A stretch of DNA of 64,000 nucleotides from Gonapodya sp. JEL0774 (GCA_027604505.1 JADIIX010000028.1:1-64000); one strand, 5' to 3'. Shown: positions 1-13,554, counted from the first letter of the stretch. Notes: generated from the sequence alone by a model not told the origin. Numbers and translations: made by a program.

Positions 1-110
1 CACCCAACACCCCCACCCCCACCAAACACCACACACCAATAGTACCACCCCCCCCCCCCCCCCCACCCCCCACCCCTTCCCGTCCTCCTCCCCCCTTGCC
101 ACCGACTCAC

Positions 111-957
111 CGACGTCCACGTTCGCCGCCTCGAGCACCGCCGCCACCTTCCCGTACCTGGTCCTTGTGCCCCCTGATCTCACAGCGGCTTCGTCCTCGT
201 CGATCTGCTGGAAGTGTGAGGGGAGGAGGGAGGGGAGGAGGTAGGAGATGCGGGTTGTGCGGGCGGGTGGGGAGGCGGGGGAGGCGGTGGAGGGGGAAGC
301 GGGTTGGGGTTGCGGGGGGATTGAGGGAGAAGGGGACGCGGGATGGGAATGGGAAGACGGGGTGGAGGTGGAGGTGGACAGACTGGGTGGGTGGGTGAGC
401 GGGTGGAGTTGGGAGAGTGGGGGCAGGGCCGTGGAGGGGTTCAAGGGAGTGGGAGACAGTGGGGGATGATGTCAGAGTTGCCTCACAGGGATCGAATGAG
501 TCCCAGGATGAGCGGAGTCTGATCTACGTCCTTCCCTCCCTCTGCATCCCATCCCATCCCACCCCATCACCCCGTCGACCCGACCTCATCCCCCATCACC
601 CCACCCCAACCCATACCACTCTCAAGTCTCAATTGCATGGGTCCGGCCGTTGTCCCGTACTCACGATCTGGGCAGTCTGGGACTGGAACTGCTGGCTGTG
701 CCGGTGGGCGACTTTGCCATTGATCCTGCGTTGTTGCTCCACCAGGACGCGAGTGCGGATGGAGATTGCGGGAGGGAGAGGGATGCGGGGTGCTGGTGTG
801 GCGCGGGTGCTGCGGGTGCTGCGGGATGGGCGTTGGAGTGGGACGAGAATGACAGCGTTCGTTGTGGGAGCGACGACGACGCGAGCGCTGCGGACGATGA
901 CGTCAATGAGCGCCGTGGATATGGCGGAGTGGCTGTGCCGCTGTTCACACTGGACAT
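111..957 (-). CDS. 5' part of a spliced gene running off the window start; possibly a TBC-domain Rab GAP (Gyp1/TBC1D22-like)
   Basis: Ser/Pro-rich first exon ending at a GTGAGT donor near 664. The next exon (~204-111) reads IDEDEAAVRSGGTRTRYGKVAAVLEAANVDV before another GTGAGT donor, resembling the segment just before the 'LRKLSWxGIP' start of Gyp1-type TBC domains. The domain itself lies outside the window. Confidence 0.35.
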
Positions 958-1786
958 CGCATCGGGGGCGGCGCGTTCGATGGGGGGCTGGGGGCGCGGC
1001 ACGTGGAAGGGGGCGACGGCGGGTGGTGACACATACCCTCCATCGACCGTGGTCACAGATGGACTGTGCACACCAGTTCCGGTGTCACTGGTCGTCGTCC
1101 CCCGTCGATTGGAAAGACGATGGGCACAAGCAATAACTATGGCGAAGCCGCTACGGGCGTACCAAGTGGGAAACTCGTGCTTTGCCGTGATGCTTGCGCG
1201 GTGGCACTTATCACCAACCCGTCACCACAAATTCCTTTTCAGTGTCGCACCATGTTAATTGAATTTATCCTCCACTAGGGAGATAATGTTTGAAGGGAGT
1301 ACGGTTCCTTTTTTTTGCTCTTCGTTAACCACCAAATAATATATGGATGCCCCGCAGCGCCAAAAATGCATTGCGGAATGTCACCAATTGCGGACCAACC
1401 TGGCCAAAAAGAACAAGCCCACATTCGCAGCTATTCCGGGCCAGGATTTGCCCAATTTTGCCCAATAATGTGTAATACGGACCCTCGCGCCTCTCGCCTC
1501 TGTGGGTGGTCCACATCATCCACATATAACCCCACTGCGATATACAGCACATCACCAGACAACCGAGTAAATGTCTTTTGTACTTGGTCGATTGTTTTCG
1601 TTTGTAATCCTGCATTGAAGATTGATGTCAATTTTGGCATCACAGCCATCAGTACAGCCACCTCTAAGTTGGGGAGTAAATTGTGGGCCAGGGACGATCG
1701 CCGAGCAACTAAACAACTCTGATTCCAAGTGGAGCCACACTTTTCTTTTCATTCGACCTTTTCGACCGCACGAGAGAAGCAAACAA

Positions 1787-3810
1787 ATGCGCATTTCTTT
1801 CCTCTTCATCCCACCCTCCGCTGCCCTGGCTCTCTGTCTGCGTTCCTTGTCCTCAGGGCTCATCGTGGGTGTCGGGGCCCAATCCCTCGCGCAAGATTGC
1901 GCAGTTTTTGAGCAACTCTACACGCAATCAAACATTGCTTTGCCCTGGACACCTGGAAACTGCTGCACTTCCCGGGATCCAAACATCACCTGCACCGCTG
2001 GCCGTGTCACCCAGGCAGATCTGTGGACCAGGGGCCTCAAAGGTCCCATCCCTTCGCTGGCTCAGCTCTCCCAACTCCGGGACCTCGGCCTCGGCAACAA
2101 CCAGCTCACCGGCTCCATCCCCCCGCTCGCTTCCCTCGCCAACCTCAGGTACCTCCACCTCGGCCAGAACCTGCTGACAGGTCCCGTCCCCTCCCTCGCC
2201 TCACTCCAGAACCTCCAGTACCTCTGGCTCTACAACAACCAGCTCTCTGGCAACATCGACGGCCTCATCCCTCCCTCCGTCGCCACCTGTGTTCTCTCCC
2301 AGAACCCCGCTCTCTACAGCTGCCTCGGCGACGTTCCCGCAGCCTGCAGGGACACCGTGCAGATCATCACAGCGGGCGCAATCTGCCTGAATCCGACGAC
2401 CGCGTCCACTGATGTTGTCTCCCCGGCGTCCTCATCTCCATATGGAGTGTCGACCACACCTTCTCTACCCACCACCTCTCCGACTGTTTCGACTCCGAGT
2501 GCAACGACCCTGCTTGCACCATCCACATCTGATCAGGCGCTCACATCTCAGTCGCCCACAACGTCTCAGGTGTCCCCGTCTCAGTCTTCCACTCCTCAGA
2601 CGTCCACTCCTCAGACGTCCACCTCTCAGACGTCCACCTCTCAGACGTCCACCTCTCAGCCACCAGCATCTCCGACCGACACAGATTCGTCGCAGACCCT
2701 TCAGCCGCCCGTCATCGGGGCGATCGCTGGTGGATCTCTGGGTATCGTCGTGCTGGGCTCCTTGCCCTTTTTGTGGCGCTTCCGGGCCCGGAAACGAGCT
2801 CAAAGTGGGAAGACGGGACGAGGGAACGAGCTCGCAAACGTACCGACCAACGGGAGCAGATCCTCGTCTGCCACACTCACACAGGTCAAGTCGAAGAAAA
2901 ACATCCCGGGGGTTTGGGGCGGGCCTCTTTGCCGTACCGTGTTGAAATTTTCGGCTTTGTTCTTCCCAGCAGATGTCGTCCGTGGCTCAGAGTTACCAAT
3001 TACTGGACGTACGGGGGTCGAGTACGCCGTCCAGTTCCGTTTCGGAGGGCTCAAGGGGAGTTCCCGAGAGTGTGTCTGGCCAAAGTGGCGAACTCCTCCA
3101 AGGCCCGTCGAGAGTTCACGTCGTTGGCGGGAGCGCGGTGAGTAAGAGTGAGAACCTCCCCCCCCACGTGTTTGTGTCAAGGACATGCGTGTTCTAAAAC
3201 GCTCGAGCTACGTGTTGTGCATAATTCGTTCAGGTGCCCCACGCCGCTTTCGCCGCCCTTGTCGGCCCGTTGTTGAGCAGCTCTCCTTCCGTCCATCTCC
3301 CATTGAACGTTGATCCTCTGCGCGTGGAATACAGTGTACGTAGATGTTTCTTCGACTCATCCACGTTGATCAACAAAAATTTCTACTTGGCTCACACGGG
3401 TCTCCACGTTTCCAGTATCGTGCCAAGGCCAACGACGAGCTCACCGTCAACCGCGGAGACATGGTCAAGCTCAAGGTCGTTTTCAAAGACGGATGGGGCA
3501 TGGGCATCAATTTCGCAACGGAGGAGTACGGGATGCTGCCTCTGTGAGTTTCCCCCCCCTGATTGCCCACTGTTTGAGTCACCCCTCTCGCCCGATGCTC
3601 CAAAGCCGTTTCCCCCCCCGCAGTGAATGCCTCCGCCTCGAAACCAGGACCCAGCTGCCGTTCTTGGGCCCCAGCGTGCGTATCGAGTCGATGATGGCGT
3701 GGGAGCCGCTGCAGCAGGCTGGATCGGGCGAGATGATGAGTCTGGTGGACGTGCAAGGGTCCGCCGGGACCCGGTCGGCGTCTTCGAACAGTACACTGCG
3801 GTCGACGTAA
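1787..3810 (+). CDS. Single-pass receptor-like protein: signal peptide, Cys cap + plant-type LRRs, Ser/Thr stalk, TM helix, cytoplasmic SH3
   Basis: ATG at 1787 with a hydrophobic N-terminus; cap CCTSRDPNITCTAGRVTQADL; repeats LxxLxxLxLxxNxLxGxIP; S/T/P stalk; TM VIGAIAGGSLGIVVLGSLPFLW followed by RFRARKR; SH3 exon YRAKANDELTVNRGDMVKLKVVFKDGWGMGINFATEEYGMLP (~3417-3544); last exon ~3624-3810. Middle exons uncertain. Confidence 0.8.
2595..2659 (+). repeat. 15-bp coding tandem repeat (TCAGACGTCCAC-TCC/CTC; QTSTP/QTSTS) in the mucin-like stalk
   Basis: About 4 consecutive near-identical copies are visible directly. Confidence 0.85.
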
Positions 3811-5282
3811 AGTTGTGTCACGGTGGTTTTGATTTTTATTGTTGTTGTTGTTGTTGATGGTGGTGGTGGTGTTCAGATGAATCTTGTACGTGGATATAGT
3901 TGGATCTGATGATCTGCCCGAGTGACTGTACTGCTGGGCTTGAAATGCTGTAGCACATCCACGTCGTAGAACAATATGTATGAGAGTAGCGTCGAACAGG
4001 GACGCATTTATCGTATGTCGAGTGCGCTTTGCCCGGGCGTGTGAGGATGTCAGATTTGTTCCGTCGGTTCTGCATTCCGGCGATCCGTTCGGCACTCCAA
4101 AAAACCCCTTCCCCCCCCCAGAGATTGAAGTCGCCATAACATGCACAAGGATATTCTATTCCCCTAGGAGTCTCTGATGGCGATGTCGTCGCCAATTTTT
4201 CGTGGTCCAACGGCTCCCGACCGCGTGTGGACGAGCGATAGCCCCGGCCGCACCACAATTACCGGTAACCAGATCGCGCGCGATCATCCCAGCGACCATG
4301 TCTACCGGTACATAGGATCTGATTTTCGTCTGCGTTGAGCTCACTGAGGAGTCCGTTCCAAGCAACTTTGGGATGTGATGCGAACGGAAGGATCGACGCT
4401 GGCCGGATCCGTGCGCACGGCGGCACGATCTGGCTGGTCCGTACGGAGTTGAGACTCAAATTCTGACGCGGTATGTGGCATAGAATTGGTATTGCTAGAA
4501 AGCGCGGAATCTGGATAAAGCAAAGGAATGGGGTGGAGTGACCCGGGAGCATCAAGGGGACCCTTCATTTGTGCGAGAGTCCCGGAGCTGCGAAGTGCGG
4601 GTGAAACTAATTGACCCACTTGTTTTATCCGATTACTTCTTTTCTGTCAAGTGAGGTTTCGCCTCATCGAGTGTACCTGTACGTTTCCAAAGCACAACAC
4701 ACTCCACTATTACATCCGCGTCACCACCGGCCCCGACCCAGGCACACCAAGAGCCTCTTGGCATCAGCAGCCAAAGTTGTTGTGTTCAATATATGCGGTT
4801 CCCCCAAGCTTTTGCTGAGCAGTTTCAACCATGGTGAACGCGTCTGGGTGGGGTCGGGTGGGGTGAGTGGCTGTACAGAGCACCGTCAATGGACGCATGT
4901 ACGAGTGCAGCCTTCTTCCTGAAGTCGAGCTCACGTCGTCAATGAAGTATCGCAAGGTCGAATACCAGAAGGAAGGTTACGGGAAAGCCGACTATTGGCT
5001 TCCTCCACATGGGTGAGTTGTTGAAGCAGGTTCAGATAGCCAAACATTAGTCAAGAAAGGGAGACGAATTAGTGTGGGAACAACCGAGGAGATTCGAACA
5101 CTGCTGGACTCTGTTCAACGTTTGCCTAGTATATCAACATTCTTCCTTGTTTTCCCTCTCTCTTTTCGTTACACATCTCTTTAATCTCTGAAAAAGAAAG
5201 AAACCTCATTGGCAAAACCACCACTCCCACTTCCACACCTCTCCAAGCCTCCACCACACCATCCACCCCGCACTGCCCAAGC

Positions 5283-8200
5283 TCACTCCTCAACCTTCAC
5301 ATCGTACGCCCTCGACCCCCACTCCTCCGGGACGTCCTTTACCACACCTCCCTTTCCCACCTCACCTCCCCCAACCACAGTCTTTCCCACAACCTCACCG
5401 GCCTCCCTCGCCCTCCTCACCGCCTCCCGGGTGATCCGCCGGTCCAAAGAACGGATCGTCTCGGCGAGGACCGAGTTGAGCGACTCCTCGACTTTGGTGC
5501 GGAGGAAGGTAGCAGTGAGGGGTTTGAAGACGGTGTAGAGGGTCTGAGGGGGGGGAGGGGAATCGGTGTGTTACAGTAAATGTCAAACACGTTACACCGA
5601 GTACGTCGTGCGCCGTTGTCCGGGATCCACCACAGGTACGTTAGCGAAACCCCCATCCACCACCCTTCCAATTTGCTCTCCTTCCACCCACACGCACGTA
5701 CATGTCCAACCCAACCCCCTAATCTCTTACCCGGTCCCTGCCACGCACCCTTCAGCTCCCGATCCCCCATTGCTTCCCCTCAAACTCACATCATGTCTCG
5801 TATCATGAAACCTGGTATCGATCTCATCGATCATCACCTCGCTGCGCACCAGGTTCAAGGCGCCGCCGTCCTCGCTCCCGGAATATTCCCCGCCCGGAAC
5901 ACGCGGCTCCAACACTAGGTGGACAGTCATGCCAGTGTCGGAGACGATGTCGAAGTCGAGGAGACCGACCTGCCGGGGAACGGAGGAGGAGAAGAAGGAG
6001 CGTGTGCGTGAGTGGGTGGGGTTGAAGGATAGGACGCAACGGGGGTGGATCGAGGAACGCTCAAACCCCGCCCCCTCACCCACCCGGCTCGATCTACTCA
6101 CATCGGCCATCCTCACCAATCCATCTTTCTTGTTGTAGTAGAACACAATATCTCTCGCACTGGACTGGATCTTTGATCTACGGAAATTCACGACCGAACC
6201 AAAACAAGTTCAGCTCGAACACAAGTGCAACCAACCTTCGCCCGCCCCGCCAGTACACCCCCCACACTCCCCCACCACCCACATGGTCACGTCCACCACG
6301 GTCCTCCCCCTCTCCCCTGCCTCTTTGTTCGCGTCGAACACGGTCTCGGTCGACACGCGGATGTACGACGGGAGAATGTTGGTGCTCTTGAGGAGGATGT
6401 TATCGAGGATGTAGTGGACAGAGGGATCGTCACTGGGGGTCAGTAGGGAGAGATGGGAGGGGAGGGGAGGGGGAGACGGGGAACGGAAGCGAGCGAACAG
6501 AGGGGCGGAGTGAGAGAACGAAAGGGATACACAAAAAACAAGTTAAATGAGTGAGCACGGCAGAAAGGAAACCATGCAGTTATTAAAATCAATGCACCAC
6601 CGATGATCTTGTAGGTCTCATCCACCCACTACCCTCCTCCCCCAACGCAACTCACTATTCCACTCTCCCCAACGGCACGTACGTCATCCCCTCCACCAGC
6701 ACGGGCACCACCTTTCCCACATCCCTCAAAACTCCTGGCTTCACCGTCGGCCTCCCTTGATCGTCGAGGAACATGTCCCGGACCAACCGGTCCACGTCCG
6801 TGGCGAGCGTGGACGCGGCAGTGGCCGTCGGAGAGGCGCGGAGGGACGTGAGCAGGGACTGGGAATCGGTGAGTAGGCGGGACAGGGCAGGACGGGAATT
6901 GGAGAGGAATGTGTTGCGCAGGCGGGAGATGAGAGAGAGGGCTTGGTTCGTGTACTCTTTGCGGCGTGGAAATCCCGCGAGTAGTGGTGTTGAGGTAAGG
7001 GAAGCGTCAGGAGTGATACCAGTCATCATCAGCAGCACACTCTATTTCAGGGTCCACAAAGGAAACTCACCTTCCACATCCACCCCCTGATTGTTTCCCC
7101 CCTCGACCACGTCCTTGTATCCCCTCTGCGCAAACTCGCGCGCATCGGCGAGTACACCCTGAACCTCCACGTCCCCCGCGGTGGCGTCGGCAAGTTCCCG
7201 CACTTGAGAGAAGAGAGGGGTAAGAGAGGTTGAAGAAATGTTTTCGAGAAGCTCCTGGGCGGCTGATCGGGAGTGCGGAGGATTCCGTAAGGATCGGACA
7301 AAGATGGAGGAATTGACGAGACAAAGCATACCTTGGAATGCCTTTTGAGCATCGCTCTGCGCTTCAACGGTCGTCTGGGGTTGCAAGGAATGGAGCGAGT
7401 GGTGAGGATCAGGAACTTACACAGAAGTGGGCTGCAACGGCCCGATGCTTGCACGGAGAATGAAGGACGAACTCAACAACCCACCTCTCGGGCGCCAGAC
7501 GAGAGGGCTTCGAACCCCTTTTGAATCTTTCCAGCGGCGTCGACGATGAGACTGTGTGAGAAGCGCGAGTCAGTGTTCTGTCTCACCCTCGAACCGACAC
7601 TAACGACAGCTTCCCACTGACCCGACCAGATCCCCCCACGCCCTCCTGAAATCTTCCCGCTGTCCAAACCCGTTTATCATTAACTCTTTCCACCTCTTGG
7701 CCAACTCCTCCTGCTTCTCCCGAGGGATCTCCATCCCGCTGAGATCCTCCTTGGCCTTGTCGGCCACTTGCTTGGCTCGCTCAACCACCTCGTTTGCCAC
7801 ATCAGAAGCGGTGACGTCTCCGCTACGAATTTTTTCCACCTGACCTCGAGCTGAGGGGGGCAGCTCCTGCTTCACAGCTTCCACCACATCCCCGACCTGC
7901 TTGCGTGCCGACTCGGCCACATCGGAGAGACTCTTGTCCCCTCGCGCGGCCGCCAACACATCCTCACGGAACTCGCTCGTCTCTTCTTTGGCCTTGTCCG
8001 CGACGCGATCTTGCGCTGACTTGTCTTGAACTCGGTCAGAGACATCCTCGGCGGCTTTGGATGCTCCCGCTCTGTCCGCGTGCTTTTTGGCCCGGTGTTT
8101 CGCTTTGCTGGTATTGCGCTGCACATCCTCTGGGACTTGCTTTTCGACGGTGTCGGAGGCTTTGGAAACTCCTTGTGTTGCTATGGCGGATCATAATGAT

Positions 8201-9786
8201 ACATGTATCAAGATAAGACATGCGTGATCAGCATGGCGTTCGATCGTGAAAGCGTGTGATAATGTTTTAGTGCTTTAACTCACCTTTTTCACTCGTCTCT
8301 TTGATACGATCTCCGACGGGCTTGTCACCGGCCTGGAAAAGAGTCTGAATATGGGTGGATTCCCGTCACACCTGTTACCTGTTCGGTTTTGTGGAGAAGA
8401 GCTTCTTTCCACCTCCGGGTACGTACCTTGCGAACTTGATCTGCGGTATCTGCTAATGTTGATTGCACATCGCCCGCGCTGTCTTTAAGCTCCTGCTGCT
8501 TGTCTTGGTCCTTGATGAGATCCGACGCGCGCTTGGCTGCTTCGGCGAGATTTTTGCCCGTATCGCCACCTTGAGTTTGCAAACTACATCGACAGGGCAA
8601 AAGGAGAGTGTATGTGCGTATAATTTAAGATTCCTTTGGTACGGGAACAACAACTGCAATGCACGGAGTCTAGGCAATACCCACGTTTCAATGACGAGGT
8701 CGAGAACGTCGCTGAGGATGTCGCGGAACTGCTCGGAAGTGGCGAGGAGACGGGCGATGTGCGTGGCGCGGTCTGGAGTACGTGAGAGTGCGTCAGCATG
8801 CGTAGTTAGTAGCGACATTCTCGACTTCGAGTGCGAGAAGGAGTGTCTCCTCACCGACAGAATCTCGGAGGTTTTGCATGATTGACTATCAAGAATTCGA
8901 ATTTGGTCAGTCTGGGGGGTTCGTTTCGTGGAGCGAGATTTTATAGTTACTCACCGCCGCCTCATTTCTGGCATCAATTGGTACATCTTGACGTTGAGCA
9001 CTCTCTATAGTATGTGGTGGAGTATGCGTAAATGCAATCCAAAGCAGCTTCTCCATGTAGGACTGTAGTACCTGCGATAGTTTGACTCGCCCTCGATGTG
9101 TAGAAGATGAGCTAAAATCCACAGATCTAGGTGAAATAAATGCACTAGTTGCATCATACTGCACGCTAATCTCACCCGTTGAAGTTGATCTTGAGGGTTG
9201 GCTTCCGTAAGCAGCCTCTTCGTGGATTCGGCAGCTCTCGAAAAGTCAGACATAACCTACACATTGCCAAAGCAGCCAAGTAAGCTTTATGATACAAACG
9301 TTCTTGTGCTCGCTCGGGAGTATACCTTTTTGCCTTCCGGCCCCATCTCTTTGCTCTTTTCCTTCAACTTGTCGTCTGATTCGAGCTTCTCGATAAACCC
9401 AACAGCCTGTGCAGTGGTCGGAAGTTTTCCGTCGCGAGCCGCCTCGGCCACTTCGGACAGCTTCTGTGCTCTCTGTCTCTCCTCGTCTTCAGGAGCATTT
9501 GCTTGAACTTGCACTTGTCCGCTGGTAAGTGTACGGTGAACGTGTTAATATTGGAAGGAGGGACGGATGACGTAAGCTGTCACAAAAACCTTCGAATACC
9601 CGCGACGATTTGGTCAACGTGCTCTGGTTTCGCCTAGAACGTAGAACAGGATGATGATAGTGCCCGTGTGAGAAGAACTGTCGAACAGAAAGACCCGCAG
9701 AAAAAGCCCAGATCTGGGAACATTACACAAGCACGAACCTCCACGGAAGTGTCAATGATCAACGTTTGCTTTTCGGTGTTCGACAT
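5283..9786 (-). CDS. DUF4449/DUF5923 (HAM1-like) fungal protein with a LEA-like hydrophilic helical insert; multi-exon
   Basis: Exons give GKLPTTAQAVGFIEKL, DMFLDDQGRPTVKP...YVPLGRVE, IQSSARDIVFYYNKKDGLVRMAD, TLYTVFKPLTATFLRTKVEES...VPEEWGSRAYDVKVEE*, matching recalled family motifs. The K/E/A-rich insert lies at 7600-8160. Confidence 0.7.
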
Positions 9787-10021
9787 AATGGTGCGTGTAG
9801 AACAAAGAAACGAGATGGTTGTGGTTGAGAAGAAGATCGGACTCGACAACTGCAGGGGGTTGTCGAGTGAAACCTTGATTGGGTTTTTGAACTCTCAGCC
9901 CAGGGCCACGTCATCTCACTCAAAACTTTGGCACTGGTACCACGTGTAATGTTGCCACTCAAGCGCAAAGTGCCTTCAAACATTTAATCGATAAGCAATC
10001 GCTGATACGCAGACATACACA

Positions 10022-11750
10022 ATGGCTCGCAACTACATAAGGAGCTCGGGATTTAAGAACCTCCTTCTTGAAGGAAGCGCCAACGAGTCGCTGAGGAATC
10101 TGGTCACTGCAACTTTGAACGTACCAGTGCAGGCAAGTTGCAACAATGACATAATCAATCGTGAAACTGCTGATAAAATATTGAGCACTCTCTAAACTGG
10201 CGTTATTTCTCAGCTTCTTACTATTCCATTGAGCGCATTGCTCTTTGCCAAGGCAGTCGTTCTTGGTGGTCTCGGATTGAGGAGAGTGCCCAAGGTACGT
10301 ACAGAGTGTGCGCATGAGACGGTGCATTGGGGATTCGCGACAATCGATGAAAGAATGGTGAGATGATTGTGCCTTTGTCAGAAACGCCCCAACAACATCG
10401 TGATCACCGGCGCGAGGTAAGCATTCAAAAGTATCAGTGGTATCTACCGTTGTTGAAGAGATTCAACCGTAGCTCAGGGATTGGCGAAGCTCTTGCGCTT
10501 GAATTTGCGAGGCCCGGTGTGAACTTTTCTCTCATTGCCAAGGACTCCGGTATGATCCACGATTGTAACAATGACCTCATTGATAAAGGGAACCTTCTTT
10601 TCGGTAGCACGCCTCGAGAAAGTTGCAAGAGATGTTCGAGACAAGGGAGCTGAATGCGAGATCGCGGCGATTGATATTGACAACAATCTGTCTGGAGCGC
10701 TCGAAAAGTGTGTAAGCTCATACACAGCTGCGAACAATAAAGGTCTCCCATTTTGTCCCGCCTCCTTTCAGGTATCTTTTTGAGTTTGACGATCGACATC
10801 CCGTTGATCTGGTTATTGCAAGTGAGCTTGGTGTCGCTCCCGGCGTGATTGTCGATCTAGTGAACACAACCAACTTCTGTGTTATGGTCAGACGCCGGCA
10901 CAACAAGCTACGACTACGATCTGAACCAAGATGTCCCCAGCATTGCGTGGGAGGATGCTTACGAGAGAATACTATCGGTCAATGTCCTCGGTACGATCAG
11001 AACAATCAATCCATTTTTGAAAAGATTTGCCGAGAGAAGGTCGGGACAAGTGAGCTTCTGCGGACTACCTCAATGGGTTGCTTTGCTGCTGATGCAATGT
11101 TATGTAAAGCAATGACACTAATGTGCATTTCGACCCTTATTACCCAGATCGTCATGACTTCGTCCATCAATGCACTTGTGGGCCCACCGAATCAAGTATT
11201 CTACAATGCTTCCAAGGCCGCTGTCTATTCTTTAGCACGAGGTGCATATTTTTACCAACGTGCAAGCAGGCGCTTCCCCTCTGCTGATCTGATCGTTTTC
11301 ACCACAGATCTCCGTTATGTTCTGCGCCCGTACGATGTGTTTGTCAGCGCAATTTTGCCCGGGTTCATTGATACACGCATGAGTGAGTATCGTTGCATTT
11401 CGCCCTATCATGGTTAAACGCATTCGATTTGTCCTCCAGCCGAGCCCATGAAAAAAGACTCCCGCGGCGCTTCCACATTCCCGAATATCATGTTTGCTTC
11501 ACCCTCAGTTGTTGCGGCGGGCTACAAGGCAGGTATCCTCCGGGGCGACTTCCACATCACATCTCCTGCGAGCCAGATGATCCAACAGTACGTGGCGCAT
11601 TCACTTCCCAGTCTCTTGCTTGACTGGTACACAGCAGCCGTGTGAGTTGTGACTAGAGTGATCTCCGATCAGGGCACTACGCGTCGTTGATGTAGGTCCT
11701 CTTTGTCATACAGGGGGGCGTCCGGTTTCGGAGGGGAAAAGATCATGTGA
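10022..11750 (+). CDS. Short-chain dehydrogenase/reductase with N-terminal hydrophobic anchor; multi-exon
   Basis: Spliced: MARNYIRSS...|LLTIPLSALLFAKAVVLGGLGLRRVPK|KRPNNIVITGAS|SGIGEALALEFA (TGxxxGxG), NAG region, SVNVLG, catalytic YNASK, ILPGFIDTRM. Confidence 0.85.
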
Positions 11751-12420
11751 AATCATGCGGAGTGTGCTCCAATCCATAGTTTTCTTTATCTTCTTGATGT
11801 GAAACGGTCGAGCGATCAGTTGTGTTCGTTGGCGACGGCAGTTTTAGAACCCCTTTGCAAATCAGTGAAAATACAAGACAGATACGTTAGAAGAGGAGTG
11901 GTCAAGTCGCTTCTAATGTTGCAGCAACCTTAAGATTGGTATGCTGCTTGTAAGAACGTAGTCACAAGTACTGATTGGCCGGTGGCAGCGGCTCATAGGA
12001 TAAAATGAAGAGGATGCCAAGAGATGCTTCAAGCGGAGATTTTAGAGTTGCTATATTGTTACAGTGCTGGTCTCTTTGGGTTGATACCATGGCGCTCCAT
12101 GGTGCATTCGAGATTCGTTGGTGATGTCCCTGTTGGACAATGGTACAGTGCTGATCCCAGCTACAAAGCAATAAGTGGTGAATTAATCATTTATGAGAGC
12201 GTCGCGTTCACTTCAAAATCCAATACGGTCATTGAAACGTATCCACCACTATGCATGCAAGCGCATAAAGGTGGGTGTGTGATGGTTTCGGATTCTGCTG
12301 CTGTATGTGAGGATTGATATCGCGACTAAGACTGCAAACTCGTCAATTACAATGTCGCTCACAACAAACGAACCAACACACAGGCGTGGTACCTGAGTAC
12401 TAACTACACTGAAATGAGGA

Positions 12421-13464
12421 TCATACATTCTGCCCTCGCACAGCTAAGCTTCGCAGGCCCAAGCGGCGAAGCCATCTGCGGGCATGTTCTGTTGCAAAGT
12501 AACCACGACGCCAAAGAATAACTACGTAGGAAGTTGCACATAAGAAAATGTTCCCTAACTGCATAACGAGAACCTTATGAGGCGCTTGATTCCTCTGGCA
12601 GTCGAACACTACTTACAATAAATCTTCCGAGATTACTAAGTTTTCCTCCGATTCGACAGGACCGCCAAGTGCTTATTTCTGTAAGTTCTTCGGCCGATGA
12701 CTCCGTTCGTGGACCTAGCGACCAGCGACTGTCAACTTCAGAGTTTGGTAACGAATGTTCCGGACCGCTCAATGTCTCATTCGTCGCTTCTTGACGACTT
12801 TCCTCCGGGGTTGGAATGACTTCAAAACTCTCTTCCGGTGTTGTTGGACTTGGACGATGAGGGGAGTGAGGCGGGCGGACGAGAACCGCATCTCCGTCGG
12901 GTTCGATTTCCAGGACACCAGGAGGATAACATCTGACTTCCTCACGATACCCTGTTTGCGAGCAAGAGGCATGTGTGGTTCGAGAAGCACAAGGTTGGCA
13001 GTCTGCGGTGACAATGCACTCCCAGGACGCGAGGTGGGGATGTGTGTGGTCTGCAAAGGACGCGTAAGGGAACGTTGACAGACCACGAGCCCAAAGAGGC
13101 CTCGCGCGAGACTCTATCTTCCCTACGATGGGTGACGATAGAACCCTAATCACAAAAGAATGATGTTTCGCATCTTGACATCCACCCAAAAACCTCCCAT
13201 TCCTGAACAAAAGGCTCACTGGCGTGGAATTGAGGCGATAGCGATTCCCACCACAAGTACAAGCGCAAGCTCCCATGGACTGATAATTGTCCTCCTCGAA
13301 GTCCTTGCTCCAGGGGCTTTCCTGGTCAACTGTGTGAAAATGGAGAACTGTTGCGTGTGGGCATCGCTGGTGGAATGTAACAGAGCTGGCTCCATTCCGA
13401 TGTTGCGACTGCATTCAGCGAAACTTAGAACAGCGTCGGAACTCTCGTTGCGTTCGTCCGTCAT
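12421..13464 (-). CDS. JTB (jumping translocation breakpoint)-like Cys-rich membrane protein
   Basis: Hydrophobic segment WELALVLVVGIAIA; Cys pattern WECIVTADCQPC...CSQTGYREEVRC...WRSC; TM LGNIFLCATSYVVILW and basic tail RRGYFATEHARRWLRR. This parallels JTB (CxPC...CxxTGYxExxxC...KSC-TM-RQR). Start may be 13395. Confidence 0.6.
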
Positions 13465-13554
13465 TGTGCAAATTGTTGGGAAGTAGTGTGCTTTCTGCCG
13501 GTTGAACACACAAAATTCTTTGAAGTGGCGGGCAGTTTACATCACCCGCACTCA

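Noticed and set aside
1..100. C/A-rich tract resembling a telomere repeat
   Set aside because: It has no fixed repeat unit and lies inside an intron of the minus-strand gene, matching the G-rich intron starts seen elsewhere.
3838..3872. (GTT)n/(GGT)n microsatellite
   Set aside because: Short, ordinary simple repeat in a 3' region.
4150..5100. Short ORFs that might be a gene or transposon remnant
   Set aside because: No recognisable motif or consistent exon chain.
11875..12340. Possible small gene (GLIPWRSMVHSRFVGDVPVGQWY)
   Set aside because: I could not build a coherent spliced model or recognise a family.
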